DNA of 63,621 nt, counting the filler, from Chiloscyllium plagiosum (taxonomy: Eukaryota): assembly GCF_004010195.1 (NCBI RefSeq). It is 4 parts of one record of this genome, joined end to end, with 100 filler letters (N's around TTAATTAATTAA, not from the genome) between each part and the next. Parts side by side here need not be neighbours in the genome. Positions count along the whole stretch, not along the records: positions 59,327 to 63,621 come from NC_057716.1; 3 more parts are not named here. One strand, 5' to 3'. The position numbers and the translations under genes were made by a program. The notes under the pieces were generated by a model, which was not told the DNA's origin, made no database searches, and saw only the letters and a list, made by a program, of their open reading frames with translations. This document shows, piece after piece, positions 63,250 through 63,621 of the stretch; position 1 is the stretch's first letter, and each line of letters starts with the position of its first letter.

Positions 63250-63621
63250 AAACATAGAACATAGAACATTACAGCGCAGTACAGGCCCTTCGGCCCACGA
63301 TGTTGCGCTGCCCTGTCATACTAATATGAAGCCCATCCCACCTACACTATTCCATGTACGTTCATATGCGTGTCCAATGACGACTGAAATGCACTTAAAC
63401 TTGGCGAATCTACTACCGTTGCAGGCAAAGCATTCCATACCCTTACTACTCTCTGAGTAAAGAAACTACCTCTGACATCTGTTTTACACCTATCTCCCCT
63501 CACTTTAAAATTGTGTCCCCTCATGCTTGCCGTTCCCATACTTGGAAAAAGGCTCTCCCTGTCCACCCTGTCTAACCCTCTGATTATCTTGTATGTCTCT
63601 ATTAAGTCATCTCTCAACCTT
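63250..63621 (-). mobile_element. CR1 3' end running off the window
   Basis: RDDLIETYKIIRGLDRVD...FFTQRVVRVWNALP; aacatagaacatagaa tail. Confidence 0.95.

Overview
Eukaryotic, repeat-dominated intronic or intergenic DNA, almost certainly from a cartilaginous fish (shark). This is inferred from many HE1-like V-SINEs and CR1-clade LINEs; the species cannot be determined. No host gene can be identified with confidence. Nearly every ORF with recognisable homology is a LINE, Penelope-like element (PLE) or SINE fragment. Contents: many 5'-truncated CR1 LINEs and one near-full-length decayed copy (~32.5-36.5 kb); older CR1/L2-like, Rex/Babar-like and RTE-like fossils; about 13 V-SINEs; a Penelope/Poseidon-type PLE with an inverted 5' pseudo-LTR (37.5-39.1 kb); Neptune-type PLE endonuclease fragments; a probable Harbinger Myb/SANT fossil; a 35-bp minisatellite; and five assembly gaps, three carrying an artificial TTAATTAATTAA linker. 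The most notable signal is a swarm of short (39-500 bp) PLE-derived inserts from several families. They have 8-16 bp target-site duplications (TSDs), are often fold-backs, and carry minimal hammerhead-ribozyme-like cores (CUGANGA-N-stem II-GAAA-palindrome-UH). Hammerheads in PLEs are already known, so any novelty lies in the density, the fold-back micro-element form and the micro-insertions. Also noted: a palindrome-rich candidate enhancer (~20.3-20.75 kb) and a weak minus-strand two-exon candidate. Coordinates were read by eye, and boundaries of old repeats are approximate.
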